Shown one piece after another: positions 16,686-39,195 of a stretch of DNA of 64,000 nt (positions within the stretch are counted from its first letter, which is position 1; each line of letters begins with the position of its first letter). Made by a program: the position numbers and the translations under genes. The stretch lies in the NCBI RefSeq assembly GCF_009914755.1, contig NC_060936.1; one strand, 5' to 3'. The notes beneath the pieces are model-generated. The model was not told the origin of the DNA. It saw only the letters and a list, made by a program, of their open reading frames with translations, and made no database searches. The DNA comes from the human T2T-CHM13v2.0 reference genome, Homo sapiens.

Positions 16686-16809
16686 ATAGCTGATTCTCTC
16701 TCTCTTTTTTTTTTTTTCCTAAAGTGACAGAGTTTTGCTCTGTTGCCTCAACTCCTGGGCTCAAATGATCCTTCCACCTCAGCCTCTCCAGTAGTTGAGA
16801 CTATGACTT

Positions 16810-17865
<1,056 letters not shown>

Positions 17866-17999
17866 TTGGTTCAGCATTTTATCCCCAGTGATCAGCACAG
17901 TGTCTGGAGTACAAAAGGTGCTCTTGTATAAATATTTATGTAATATAATGTTTATACAAAAAGAAATATTTGTTGGATAGATGCATGAATGGAGAAAAA

Positions 18000-18980
<981 letters not shown>

Positions 18981-18982
18981 CC

Positions 18983-19244
18983 TTTTTTTTTTTCTCAGAT
19001 GGAGTCTCACTCTGTTGCCTAGGCTAGAGTGCAGTGGTGCTGTCTCAGCTCACTGCAACCTCCACCTCCTGGGCTCAAGGATTATAAGTGTGCACCATCA
19101 CTCCCGGCTAATTTTTGTATTTTTAATAGAGACACGGTTTCACCATGTTGGCCAGGCTGGTCTCGAACTTCTGAGCTCAAGTGATCCACCTGCCTTGGCC
19201 CCACAAAGTGCTGGGATTATAGGTGTGAGCCACCACATCTGGCC
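18983..19244 (-). mobile_element. AluS with internal deletion
   Basis: Antisense Alu; gggctcaagg joined to attataagtg. Confidence 0.88.
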
Positions 19245-19284
19245 AGTGACATTGATTTTTGTTTTAAGTTATTTTTAAAAATGT

Positions 19285-19585
19285 GGCTGGACACAGTGGC
19301 TCACTCCTGTAATCCTAGCACTTTGGGAGGCCGAGGTGGGCTGATTGCTTGAACTCAGGAGCTGGAGACCAGCCTGGGCAACATGGCGAAACCCTGCTTC
19401 TGCGAAAAATACAAAAAAATAGCTGGGTGTGGTGGCCCCTGCCTGTGGCCCCAGTTACTCAGCAGGCTGAGTTAGGAGGATGGCTTAAGCCTGAGGAGCA
19501 GAGGCTGCAGTGAGCCAAGATGGCGCCACTGCACTCCAGCCTGGGTGACAGAGGGAGACCCTGTCTCAAACAAATAAAATAAAAT
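19285..19585 (+). mobile_element. Alu (J/S)
   Basis: Sense Alu. Confidence 0.9.
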
Positions 19586-19952
19586 TTAACAACTCTTTAT
19601 TGAGTATCTTCTATGTGCAAGGCACTGTGCTTAGTAGTTGTGTCTATGTATATGTAGGTGGGGAAAGGAGATTATAAGGAAATGAAAGTTTCTCAATCTT
19701 TTAGTCTCTGTTTTTCTCTCTCACCCTAACTCTGTACCTTTTATGCAACCCAACTCAACAACCAGGAAAAAAAGACAAGATCCATTCACATGTATTGCCC
19801 AGGGTGTGTCCACCCTGGTTCCTTTTCTTGCTCTAGATAATGTTTCCTGCCATTTGGACTTGCATTGATCTTGATTACCCCAAATGAATTCTTAGAACTC
19901 TTTAAGAACTTGGACTTACCTTTCAGAATGTTCTTACTCCTAGATGCTTTGA

Positions 19953-20631
<679 letters not shown>

Positions 20632-21237
20632 ATTATTATCTTTATTAGCATTTAAATATGCTAGTAAACCAAGTTCTATCATACTAGTTACTGTCCAAGC
20701 ATGCTTAAATTTGATGCCTTTTTTGAATAAGACAAGAACATGGAGATTTATTCTCAAGACATACAGAACACTTGAAAAGTCTAAACAATGTGTTAAAATG
20801 TAACAGGAAAAAAGAAGCTATGTGTGAATTTCCTGATGTGCTAAATTATTATAGATGTTTGCCTGCTTGGGTCAGAATTATTATCTCATTTCTTGTCTTT
20901 CCAGCTGCAGCAAAAATCCTCCAGAGAACCATGTTTACAGCTATGGCCACTGATGATCTTAACAATAGAAATCAGTGATCCTGTTTAGTGAATAACAGCT
21001 TACTGTTACTAGTGAATAACAGTTCATACAGTGTTCATAACATGAGCTGGCTATGAAGTGGCATCCAAGAGGAGTTAAGTGGGTATGAATGGCTTAATGA
21101 AAAATTACACTTTACAAAATACTTCAAGTCCAGCTGGTGGTAGAAGAAATCCATCTGGGAATTAAGCTCATCAGGAGTTTAACAACTATGCTAGTTTAGG
21201 TTTGCCATGACTGAGTGGATCTAGAGTATAGGGTTCA

Positions 21238-21549
<312 letters not shown>

Positions 21550-21861
21550 TTAAGAGTAGGAAAGCAGCATCTGTCTCCTGAGATCGAAACACTTTGTGAT
21601 TTTTTTTTTCCCATGGATTTACTTCCTTAGTGCATTTTACCATAAGGGGGTGCTCTGGGATAATACTTTTCAGCACAGCAGTGGTCTCTTCTGCTCTGTT
21701 AACTGAAAAAAGGCAAGCATTTATTAATTCTGCATCCCTTCTGTATTCACTAATTTTCAAAACGTGTCCATTTACATTAAAAATATGAAAAACAATTAGT
21801 GAAAACTATTTAAAATGTAAACAACCAGTGTCTGACTGCTAAGGAAAAGACAAACATTGAA

Positions 21862-22350
<489 letters not shown>

Positions 22351-22652
22351 GAGAGAGAGAGATTAGAGTCACAGTGAACTGAAGCTGCACTGGATTTCTT
22401 CTGGTTTAGGAGAAGAAAGCCATAAAGGATTTGCATTTGTCCTTTTACTTTAGTTATTTTTTTGGTAGCATTATGTTAACTATATCTTTCCGCCGATGCT
22501 GTGGAGATTCATTATGGTTGAAATTGCTTTCTTACAAAGCTCAGTCAGTGTTAACCCATCCTTGGGGAAAAGCATAGGAATTAAGAATTACAAAGTAATT
22601 TCATTCTCACTTCTGTCACATTTATGAATCAGTTTTTAGGTTTGTGTGTGTG

Positions 22653-22956
<304 letters not shown>

Positions 22957-23535
22957 AATTTTTAGGTTTTATTCCTGTCTAATTGTGTGGGGTGAGGAGG
23001 TGGAAAGGAAACTCAATTCTGTTTGCGAGTACTTGGGAGAGGCAATCAGTAGCAATCAGCTATTCTAAGCACATGATGTTGTGAAGGGCAACAAACTCGT
23101 CAAGGCCACCAACAGGACATTTGGAGAAATGGCCACAATATGGAGGCAGGAATAGGGAGTCCTCAATGTTTGGTCAAAAGAATTCCCTGGGTTGACAGCA
23201 GCATGTTTGAAGGTGCTGGTTCCTTCCAATCTGAGTGACAAATAGCCCTGGTATACAGCACAGGGATTGGGAGGAATGTTACACCTTTGCTTATGGAGAG
23301 CAGTTCTCTCTATATACATTCTCTGAACTCATCTCATTAGGCAAAAGCAGATGAAGCTTCTTTAGTCATCTTCATGAGCATTTAACTCCATATACAAAAT
23401 GAAAATTTGGCTGAGGATTTACATAATTTAACTTGGGAGATTTTATGAGAGACTAATGTCTAGTCATTGGTCTTTAGTATCCTTGTTATGCCAGTACTTT
23501 TTAAAAGTTCAAGATATATTCATCCCAATACCTAC

Positions 23536-23833
23536 TTTTTTTTTTTTTTGAGACGGAGTCTCGCTTTTTTATTTCCCAGGCTGGAGTGCAGTGGGACGAT
23601 CTTGGCTCACTGCAACCTCTGCCAACTGGGTTCAAGCAATTTTCTTGCTTCAGCCTCTCGCGTAGCTGGGATTACAGGCATGAACCACCACGCCCGGCTA
23701 ATTTTTGTATTTTTAGTAGAGATGGGGTTTCGCCATGTGGCCAGGCTGGTCTTGAACTCCTGGCCTCAGGTGATCCACCCACCTCGGCCTCCCAAGCTGC
23801 TGGGATTACAGGTGTGAGCCACCGCAACCAGCT
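23536..23833 (-). mobile_element. AluS
   Basis: TSD ccaatacctactttt. Confidence 0.92.
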
Positions 23834-23850
23834 GCCAATACCTACTTTTA

Positions 23851-24170
<320 letters not shown>

Positions 24171-24476
24171 TAAAAACATTTTTCTTAAATATTTGTTAAG
24201 TTTCATTTCCCAGAATTGGTTTTCTTTATGGGGTGTGTTTTTATTTTTCCTAGAGGTGATACAAGCAAAAGAGGAAAAAGTAGTCTTGTTAAAGGAAAAT
24301 GTACATGAGCTTTTCTATCCCTTAATTTTTAGGTTTAAAATTGTATTTCCTTTGTTTTTCCCACCCATGAAAAAAAAACTCACATATTAGACTCTTGATT
24401 ACAACAGAACATCCTAAGGAAAAGACTTTCTTTAAGAGTTTAATATTAGAAGTCATAGGAGATTATCAAATGGTGA

Positions 24477-25911
<1,435 letters not shown>

Positions 25912-25989
25912 CTGGGCGACAAGAGCAAAACTCTGTCTCATAAAACAACAACAACAACAACAAAAAAAACCCACAAACAAATAAAAAAA

Positions 25990-26710
25990 CAAATCACAAA
26001 AATTCAGATACTTTTATATACCCCCTAGATTTGCAAAAATTGGGAAGTCTGACAATATCAAAGTTTGGCCAGGATAGGAAGCAGTAGGAGCTCTCATACA
26101 CTTCTAGTAGCAGTGGACACTGACACAACACTTTGGAAATTAGTTTGCATTAACAAATGAGGTTGCAGATAAGCATATCCTATGACAATAATTCCACTCC
26201 TAAGTATATACTGTGTGCTTATGTTTATTACAGTTTGTGTTTTACAATGTTCATAACAGCATTGTTCATTGTAGCTCCAAAATGGAAACATAAATATCCA
26301 TTAACTGTACAAGGGAGGAATAAATTGGGGTGTATTTATAAAATGGGGAGGCTGGGCATGGTAGCTCACGCCTGTAATCCTAGCACTTTGGGAGGCTGAG
26401 GTGGGAGGGTCACTTGAGCCCAGGAGTTTGAGGCTGCAGTGACCTATGATCACACCACTACTCTCCAGCCTGGGTGACGGGGAGACCCTTTCTCAAAAAA
26501 AAAAAAAAATTAATAAAAATGAAATGGAAAATTATACAGAAATGAAAACAAACTACAGCTGCAAGCAATGATGTGAAGCAAAAGAAATAAGAGCATACAT
26601 ACAGTATGATTCCATTAAAGAAATGTCAAAAGTGGGCAAAACTGTATTATTTAAGGATATACTTATGGGGAGTAAAACTGAAGAAAAGGAAGAATATGAT
26701 AAGGATGAAA
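25990..26710 (+). mobile_element. Old L1M fragment with an Alu monomer (26350-26510)
   Basis: tgacaatatcaaag...acaacactttggaaa...aattccactcctaagtatata...tgttcataacagcattgttc. Confidence 0.75.
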
Positions 26711-26716
26711 GTTAGT

Positions 26717-27064
<348 letters not shown>

Positions 27065-27698
27065 TTAGAGGAAAAATTAATATCCAAGACTAACTTGTAG
27101 TAGGGGTTTATATTTACCTGAAATCCTACAAGGGTAGATTATAGGTAAAATTATAAAATTGACAAAAAAAGCTTTTGGCTCTATGCCCTCTTCCCTTCTG
27201 GTTTTATTGTCTTGCCAAAATCCTGCATCTCATTTCTAATTTGTTTAACGAAGGTGATAGCTTAAGGGGTTAATTCTTCCAGGAATTTGTATTTTAAGAG
27301 ATTTTTTTGAAGGAAACTTAAAGGCTTTATAGACCCCAAATAAAATCTCAGATGATGGAATTTAAGCTATTTTTGAGAAATGTGAGACCATTTTTCACAA
27401 GATGGCTTACTTGTAAGGTATTATAAGTAACAAGCAACCACTGCTTGTAGAAGACCAACCAAAGAAGAGATTCCTTCTGGCTAGGCATTGGTTTCTTTTG
27501 AAATTGACAAAGATTTAGGGCACTTTGCCTGAAGTTTTTGCTGTGTGAGAGATGAAATCTCTACTAACTCAATGAACTGTAAATAGTGGTAGACACTTTA
27601 GCTGCCCATGTATGAAACAGCTTGTCTCAGCTCAGTCAAGTGAAATATAACCAACCACTAAAATATGAAACTTAGAAGTCCTTCATAAAAGAAACTAG

Positions 27699-27965
27699 AG
27701 GCTGGGCACTGTGGCTTATGTCTGTAATCCTAGTGCTTTGGGAGTCTGAGGCAGGAGGATTGCTTGAGGCCAGCCTCTGTGAGACCCCATCTCTACGAAA
27801 AATTAAAACAAAACAGAAAACCTTAGCTGGGCATGATGGCATGCCCTTGTAGTCCCAGCTACTTGGGAGGTTGAGGCAGGAGGATCGCTTGAGCTCAGGA
27901 GTTTGAGTTACAGTGAGCTACGATCGTGTCATTGCCCTCCAGCCTGAGTGACAGAGAGAGACCAA
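27699..27965 (+). mobile_element. AluJ
   Basis: Sense Alu with internal deletion. Confidence 0.88.
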
Positions 27966-28478
27966 GAAAGAAGCTGGAAAAATGACTGTTGGCTGGGATG
28001 AAATGAGTTTCTTTGACTTATAAAGTGTAAATTTTAAGATCATTACTTTGGCAAAGTTAGAAAAGATATATCTTTATGCAAAAGTACAAGAATAAGACTT
28101 CTGTTGAATTTGAAATGCATTCTTTAAACAATTATCCCCAAGATTGAACAGTCTTCTGTAATAGAAATTAGTGGAAAAAAAAAAAAAGAATACTAGAAGT
28201 ATTTTAGCTAACTGATTTGCTAGGTAATTTGTAGACCTGTACTTGCAGCTAACAGAGTAATTTTAAACAATTTGGACTATATTCTGGCTGTTGAATACCC
28301 GAAAGTCATTTGGTGCCAATAATTACTAAGCCACCTCAAAATTGTGGGTAAAAACAATTGCTCCTATATTGGTTTAGATTTTAGCTCAACAATATACATA
28401 AGTGATAAAGTATGTAGACACACACACACACACATGCACACGTATTTTCTTGAGAGTTTCAATTAGTTTATTTTCTGA

Positions 28479-28786
<308 letters not shown>

Positions 28787-28974
28787 AGGAAACCTTCTTT
28801 AATAGGTGTTGAAAATAGTCCTTTGAGTATCCTGAGGTATCTTTGTTCTAGGGTGGCCAATCTCATCATCACATTAATAGAAATCTTGTTTTTTATTTCT
28901 AGTATCCAGTTTTTATGGAATTCTCACAGATACACAAGGACATGTGTATAAAGATGTTCACTGGAACATTTTAA

Positions 28975-29719
<745 letters not shown>

Positions 29720-29720
29720 A

Positions 29721-31394
29721 GCAGAGGAGTATTTAAATAATCAAGCAGATAAGATGCCCTGGTCTGCAGATACCAGTCAGCCTCTTTCCTCAGCCACCCA
29801 TGTCATCACCTGGTAGGTGCATGAAAATAGTGGCCTTCATGGCAAGGCTGGAGGTAAGCATGGGCTCAGCAGCATAGACTTCTACTTTTCAAGGCTGACA
29901 GCTACGGCCACTGCTGAGTGCTCATTCTGCCAGCAGTGGAGACCAACAATGAGTCCCTGATATGGCGCCGTTTCCTGGGGTGATCAGCCAGCCACCTGGT
30001 GGTAGGTTGATTACCTTGGACTGCTTCCATCATGGAAGAGGCAGCATTTTACTCTTACTGGAATAGACACTTACTTGGGATATGGCTTTGCCTTCCCTGC
30101 ATGCAATGCTTCAGCCAAAACTACCATCTGTGGACTTAGAGAATGCCTATTCACACCACCATCATAGTACTTTATACAGCATTGCTTCTGCCCAAAGAAC
30201 TCACTTCATATCAAGCAAAGTGTCACAATGGGCCTATGCTCAAGGAATTCTTACCATGTTCTCTATCATTCTGAAGCACTCAGCTTGGTAGAATAGTAGA
30301 ATGGCTTTTTGAAGACTCAGTTACAGCACCAGCCAGGTGGCAGTACTTTGCAGGGCTGGGACAAGGTTCCCAGGAGGCTGTGCATGCTCTGAATCAGTGT
30401 CCAATATATGATGCTGTTCTCCCATAGCCTGGATTCATGAGGCCAGGTATTGAGGGGAGAAAATGGGAGTGGTATCACTCACCATTACCTGTAATGATCC
30501 ACTGGCCAAATTTTTTATTTCTGTTTCCATGACCTTCTCTGCTGGCCTAGAAATCCTAGTTCCAAAGGGATAAATGCTTCCACTAGGAGACACAATAATG
30601 ATTTCATTGAACTGGAAGTTAAGACTGCTACCTGACCACTGCAGACACCTCAGACCTCTGAATCAAAAGGCAAAGGAGTTAACTGCGCTGGCTGGGGTAA
30701 CTGATCCTCACTACCAAGGGGAAAATGGATCACAGTAGAGGTGAGGAGGAGTATGTCTGGAATATGGGAGCTCTTTTAGGGTGTCCCTTAGTATCACTAT
30801 GTCCTGTGATTAAGGTCAATGGGAAACTACAACAGCTCAATCCAGGCAGGACTACTAATGATCTAGACCCTTCAGGAATGAACGTTTGAGTCACTCCACT
30901 AGCTGAAGAGCCACAGCCAGCTGAGGTGCTTGCTGAAGGCAAAGGAAATACAGAACAAGTCTTGGAAGAAGGTAGTTATAAATAACAGCTCTGACCATGT
31001 GACCAGTTACAGAAATGAGAACTGTGTCATGAGTATTTCTTCCTTACTTTGTTATGAATATGTTTATGCACTTGTGTGTATATATATATATATGTATATA
31101 CGTATATATATACACAACTATCTTTGTTTTCTTCCCCTCTCTTATCCACTTATTATACAGCATAGGATTTATTGACTTTGCATTGTAGAATTTAAGTTAC
31201 ATTGTATCAAGATGAGTGCACATCATCTAAAGGCTTTGCATCCTCTTCTGGGGAGAGGGTTAGTACAATTTCAGTTGTATACAAGGTAGTTGTATCATAT
31301 TAGGCAGAAGTAAAATCTTGTTACTATCTTTATTTGGAGATTAAGTAGGGTTTGAAGAGATGTCTATGGGTGCCAAATTGACCAGGGGTAGACC
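29721..31394 (+). mobile_element. ERV-L (HERV-L-like) internal remnant: degenerate integrase, dUTPase and PPT
   Basis: Translates to [49 protein letters not shown]; dUTPase-like LPLGDTIMISLNWKLRLLP; stops and frameshifts present; purine tract ccaggggtagac. Confidence 0.88.
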
Positions 31395-31545
31395 TGTGAT
31401 GGTTAATTTTATGGGTCAACTTGATTAGTGTGTCCAGACGTTTGGACACCAGTCTAGATGTTGCTGTAAAGGTGTATTTTAGATGCGATTAACATTTAAG
31501 TCAGTAGGCTTTGAGTAAAGCAGATTGCCTTCCATAATGTGGGTT
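31395..31545 (+). mobile_element. MLT2 3' LTR (truncated)
   Basis: Starts tgtgatggttaattttatgggtcaacttga; tttgagtaaagcagattgccttccataatgtggg. Confidence 0.85.
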
Positions 31546-31704
31546 GTCAAGCAATACATATAGTAAATTTCATTTCTATTAAACACTTATGTTCAAGCAT
31601 ATACACAAATACTCAAGGAAAAAGGTCTGGAAACAATGTACACAAATTATTTCCTTTGGGGAATTAAATGGGAGTTGAGGTAAGGAAAAGGGTCGTATCT
31701 TTCC

Positions 31705-32015
31705 TTTTTTTTTTTTTCATATTGAACCAGGGTCTCACTCTGTCATCTAGGCTGGAGTGCAGTGGTGCAATCTCAGCTTGGCTCACTGTAGCCTCAACCT
31801 CCCGGGTTCAAGTGATCCTCCCACCTCAGCCTCCTGAGTAGCTAGGACTACAGGCACGTGCCACCACACCAAGCTAATTTTTTGTATTCTTTGTAGAGAT
31901 GGGGTTTCACCATGTTGGCCAGGCTGGTCTCAAACTCCTGGCCTCAAGTGATCCACCTGCCTCAGCCTCCCAAAGTGCCGGAATTATGGGCATGAGCCAG
32001 CCACTGCACCTGGCC
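31705..32015 (-). mobile_element. Alu (J/S)
   Basis: Antisense Alu. Confidence 0.9.
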
Positions 32016-32419
32016 TCCCTTTTTATTTTTACAATTTCTCTAATTAAAATTCTCCCCTTGCAGTGTATTCTTGCATTTGTTCTTTATTCCTGGGGAAGAT
32101 ACTACTTTTCTATATTTTGATTGTATCTTGATTAAGAATATCAGTTATCACCTTTAGCCTGACAAATTTTCTTTCTCAATATTCACCTACAACTCTATGC
32201 TGGAACTAGCACTGTATTCTATGCATCAAAAGCACAGATATTCCATGGCCATCTTTCCTCCAATCTGCAGGCTGTAGAAGTGTGGAGAATAAGACTAAGA
32301 ATAATGTAGCTTGTTTGAGATTCAGTATTTCATGATGACTAAATTTAGTAACGTAAATTATTAACAATGTGATGTATTTTGTGTGACTACAGATGACCTT
32401 TTATTGGTAGTGTACTTGC

Positions 32420-32880
32420 ATTGTTGCAAATTGGGCTCCCCAGCCACAGACTCAGAGCTTAGCATGCAGGATATTTATTAAGGAGTGCCCTTGGGATCTC
32501 GACTTGTGGAATGAGGGGGAGGGAAGCAGAGGGATAAATCCAGCTGTGATGCACACCCGCCACAGTCTCAGCCAATCCCACCAGAAGCTCTGAAGCTAGA
32601 ATAGCCTTTTGGGGTTGTCCCAAGTTGGCCTTAGATGGCCAAGTCTTTCTATTCCCTCATCATCCAGTCGTTGGATATGGGCCACCCTGGAAAGGGTGTG
32701 ACTTTGGGCAAGGTTGCTCTCTGCTTCTGAGGCAAGCTGGGAAGTGAATATGTGACAGCTGAAGGCTAATCGAGTTGCTAACACAGGGTAAGGCTATCTG
32801 CCAACAGAACTAGCAGCTGGGTAACACGTCCTTCATTGAAGACGCCTCTGAGTGGTTATCACAATGCCTACCTCACGCAC
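32420..32880 (-). mobile_element. LTR16-like ERVL LTR
   Basis: cagactcagag...gcatgcaggatatttattaaggagtgcccttgggatc...ctcagccaatcccaccagaagctctgaagct. Confidence 0.7.
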
Positions 32881-33082
32881 TGTTCTTATTTTTGGGATCA
32901 GCTTCTCAGAGTTTAAAACCATTATGTGTCTTTTATTTCTCTTCAAAATTGATGTAGTGTGTATCAGTATGATAATTCGATGAGAAAATGTGAAATACTT
33001 ATGGTTTATTAAATGTTAGCTATCATTATTATAATTATTAATATTATTCTCATTTAGCAGATGTCTTGAAAAGACCTGGTAT

Positions 33083-33140
33083 TGTTTCCCAAGCTTTGTT
33101 TTTATTAAGCATGCTTAATAAAAACAAAGCTTGGGAAACA
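33083..33140. repeat. Perfect 58-bp palindrome (29-bp arms, no spacer)
   Basis: tgtttcccaagctttgtttttattaagca|tgcttaataaaaacaaagcttgggaaaca, checked base by base. Confidence 0.98.
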
Positions 33141-33651
33141 GTTCTGATACTAGTTGAAAAGAATATTATTACATTTCTGTTGTACATACAGTATGTCGAG
33201 TTGGCCCTGAAAAAGTTTCAAATTTGGGGTTGTTTTCCTGTAGTATGAGTGCTAATCCCTTTACACATGATAATGAACATTTTAATCTTCCCTTTTTCTT
33301 TTATGAGATCGAATTCAGTGTCATTCAATGATTCCTAAGGAACTCTCTTTCCCAGCTTATTAAGGGAAAAGCCAGGCTGAGGCTTTTAATTCATCCCCCT
33401 GACAAATGTAACACCATCAGAAGTCCTAATATTAAATAAAAACTTGGTTCCTGCTCTAGGAAGAATAATCATGTGAGACTATGTTGTTATTGCTGTTGAC
33501 ATTTGGTTTTGTATTTGACTGCTATGCTGCTGAAAAATATCTGTTAACTAGGAAAATGATACTAATATGAATAATAGAGGTTAGCACTTATTGAGCTCTG
33601 TACTAAGTATTTTACCTGTGTTATGTCATTTAAGTATCTTCTCAGTCTTAA

Positions 33652-33973
<322 letters not shown>

Positions 33974-34809
33974 GAGGCTAATGATATTATTGATCTTCTT
34001 TTACAGATGATAAAACTGTGGCTCAGAGGGGGAGGTTGCTTAAGGTCAAACATCTAGTAAGTGCAGAGCAGGAATGAGAACCCAGGTTAATTGGACTGCA
34101 AGATTCATGCCTCTATCCATTCCATTTTATTGACATTAAGGACTGATTTGAATACATTCCTTTCAAATGGTCAATCAAGTCTTTATTAAAAACATACTGT
34201 GAGCCCAGCACAGCCAGGGTTGGGGGAATAAAAAAATTATAAGCGTTTTCTGTGCATTTAATCTAGCTGAGGGATCACAAGATTATCAAGAGGAATGTTT
34301 CCTAAACCTTAGTTAGTTATTCACCATTTTTCTGTCGTCGTTGTATTTGTGTACCACATGAAGTGTTACTTCCCCCTTTCTGAATTCTCTCATCTCCTAA
34401 ACTTCACTTGTACACTCAGATCTCTCAACTGTGTTTAACAAAAGCTGAAAAAAAATGCAGATAGTTTTTCATTTATCTTTTATACCTCCTTGAAAGACGA
34501 TTTAATACTTTGGTTAGTACAATTAGAAATTAATGTATTAGTGGTAATTTACTTCACTACTGTATCATCCTTCTAAGCAATTCCACAATTCTTCCATTTT
34601 CTTATTATTTTAGTTTTAAAAAAAATCATAGTTAAGAAAAGCTGATCAGAAATGGTGAACGAATTCCTAGGATAATGAAACAGCAAAATATTTCAAAATG
34701 TGAGAAAAACAAGATCACTAACATCTCATAATTTATCTTAGCTTTTATAAGGGTCCAGTTGACGCATATGGCAATTGCAAAATAGAATACGTTTTAGCCT
34801 ATTAAAAAC

Positions 34810-35020
34810 AAAGAAATAATTTAATTGCACATTTAAAAATAACAAAGAGAGTATCATTGCATTGTTTGTAACACAAAGGATAAATGCTTGGTGATGGATA
34901 CCCCATTTACCCTGATGTGATTGTTATGCTTTGCATGTCTGTATCAAAATAGCTCACATACCCCATAAGTATTTACGTCTGCTGTGTACCCACAAATATT
35001 AAAAATAAAATAATAAGAGA
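34810..35020 (+). mobile_element. L1MA 3' end
   Basis: tgtaacacaaaggataaatgcttggtgatggataccccatttaccctgatgtg. Confidence 0.85.
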
Positions 35021-35212
35021 AAATTAAATTCAAAAACAAAGAGCAAAATTTGTCTTTGTTTTTTGAAGAACTCTAAGATAAAACCAAAGTCAATCTTCCC
35101 AGAGGAAGATCCTTATGAAAAAGTCAATCCTTACAAATAGAACAGCTCAAAAAATAAATTTATTTTATGTTATTTTTTATTTTTTGAGACGGAGTATCGC
35201 CATGTCACCCAA

Positions 35213-35988
<776 letters not shown>

Positions 35989-36010
35989 TCAATCTCCCCA
36001 GATAAATTAG

Positions 36011-36358
<348 letters not shown>

Positions 36359-36374
36359 TAAAAAACTATATAGT

Positions 36375-36377
<3 letters not shown>

Positions 36378-36446
<69 letters not shown>

Positions 36447-36509
36447 TGTGTATATATATATAATGTATATATACACACACACATACATGTATGTTTTATA
36501 TATATATAT
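36378..36509. repeat. Compound (TA)n(CA)n microsatellite
   Basis: Read directly. Confidence 0.95.
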
Positions 36510-36685
36510 GTAGCTGGGATTACAGGCTCCTGCTACCATGCCTGGGTAATTTTTATATTTTTAGTAGAGACGGGGTTTCACCATGTTGGCCAGGCTGGTC
36601 TTGAACTCCTGACCTCAGGTGATCTGCCCAAAGTGCTGAGATTATAGGCGTGAACCACTGCGCCCAAGTAGCTGGGATTACAAGC

Positions 36686-37310
36686 TTTTTTTTTTTTTTT
36701 TAAATTATACTTTAAGTTCTAGGGTACGTGTGCACAACGTGCAGGTTTGTTACATATGTATACATGCGCCATGTTGGTGTGCTGCACCCATTAACTCGTC
36801 ATTTACATTAGGTATATCTCCTAATGCTATCCCTCCCCCTCCCCCAACCCCATGACAGGCCCCGGTGTGTGATGTTCCCCTTCCTGTGTCCAAATGTTCT
36901 CATTGTTCAATTCCCACCTATGAGTGAGAACATGCGGTGTTTCGTTTTTTGTCCTTGCGATAGTTTGCTGAGAATGATGGTTTCTAGCTTCATCCATGTC
37001 CCTACAAAGGACATAAACTCATCATTTTTTATGGCTGCATAGTATCCCATGGTGTATATGTGCCACATTTTCTTAATCCAGTCTATCATTGATGGACATT
37101 TGGGTTGGTTCCAAGTCTTTGCTACTGTGAATAGTGCCGCAATAAACATAGGTGTGCATGTGTCTTTATAGCAGCATGATTTATAATCCTTTGGGTATAA
37201 ACCCAATAATGGGATGGCTGGGTTAAATGGTATTTCTAGTTCTAGATCCTTGAGGAATCGCCACACTGTCTTCCACAAAGGTTTAGGAACACTTTTACAC
37301 TGTTGGTGGG
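36686..37310 (-). mobile_element. L1PA3-5-like 3' fragment with 5' inversion
   Basis: ORF2 C-terminus (WKTVWRFLKDLELEIPF...HRMFSLIGGN), 3'UTR and poly-A on the minus strand; inverted segment at 37284-37310; TSD gc+poly-T. Confidence 0.95.
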
Positions 37311-37796
37311 GCTTTTTTTTTTTTTTTTGAAACTATACTATAAGAACACTATGTTTGTTTTGCTGGCCACAGTATCTCATTGCATATAGCACAGTACCTG
37401 GCACAGAGTCAATGCACAGTAAATATCAATTAAGCTAAATACTTGGACAATTATTTAATCATTATGCTTAGCATCTAATCAGTTACCATGGGCAAAAGTA
37501 ACAAAATGCTTTATTTGTTGAGTACATACTCTGTCGATAGCAAGTTGTAGGCTCTGAGATAAGAAGATCAAGACATGATCTTTGCCTTCAAGGAACCTCC
37601 AATCCTCAGTGGGGTTTAGGGCAGGGACAAGGACAAGGGCATAAAAGGATTAATAATAATGCAGGTGGGCAGGTGTAGACACCTGACTATAGATAGTGTC
37701 ACCACTTTCTAGGAACTTCACAGCTTCATAAAAGAGTCATCATGGAGGCTTCCATTCTTTGAAGGGCAGAGAATGCTTTCATATATATATATATAC

Positions 37797-38450
<654 letters not shown>

Positions 38451-38655
38451 CTTACAGATTTTTAGAAAGAAAGTTTTATATTCTCCTCTTTCTGATCTAT
38501 CATTTTTTCCAGGAAATTCTTTCAACCTAAATCTTATATAATCAATTTCTGTTCTTAGAGAATAGGAATTGATAGTGAATATTCATCTACAGGCTTTGAG
38601 GATCATTATTAAGTTACTTTCCAGTGACTTAATTTTTAATTCACTTAATTATTAA

Positions 38656-39195
<540 letters not shown>

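Noticed and set aside
23065-23319. 84-aa non-repeat ORF on the minus strand
   Set aside because: No recognisable homology and no paired splice signals; length is compatible with chance.
24240-24310. Plus-strand acceptor-like sites (tttcctag at 24253; also tttccag at 20904)
   Set aside because: No convincing matching donors or recognisable peptide.
29721-30800. Integrase/dUTPase as a functional or domesticated gene
   Set aside because: Multiple stops and frameshifts; no long ORF.
36907-37278. 123-aa ORF resembling a real protein
   Set aside because: It is the C-terminus of L1 ORF2p in a 5'-truncated, promoterless copy.
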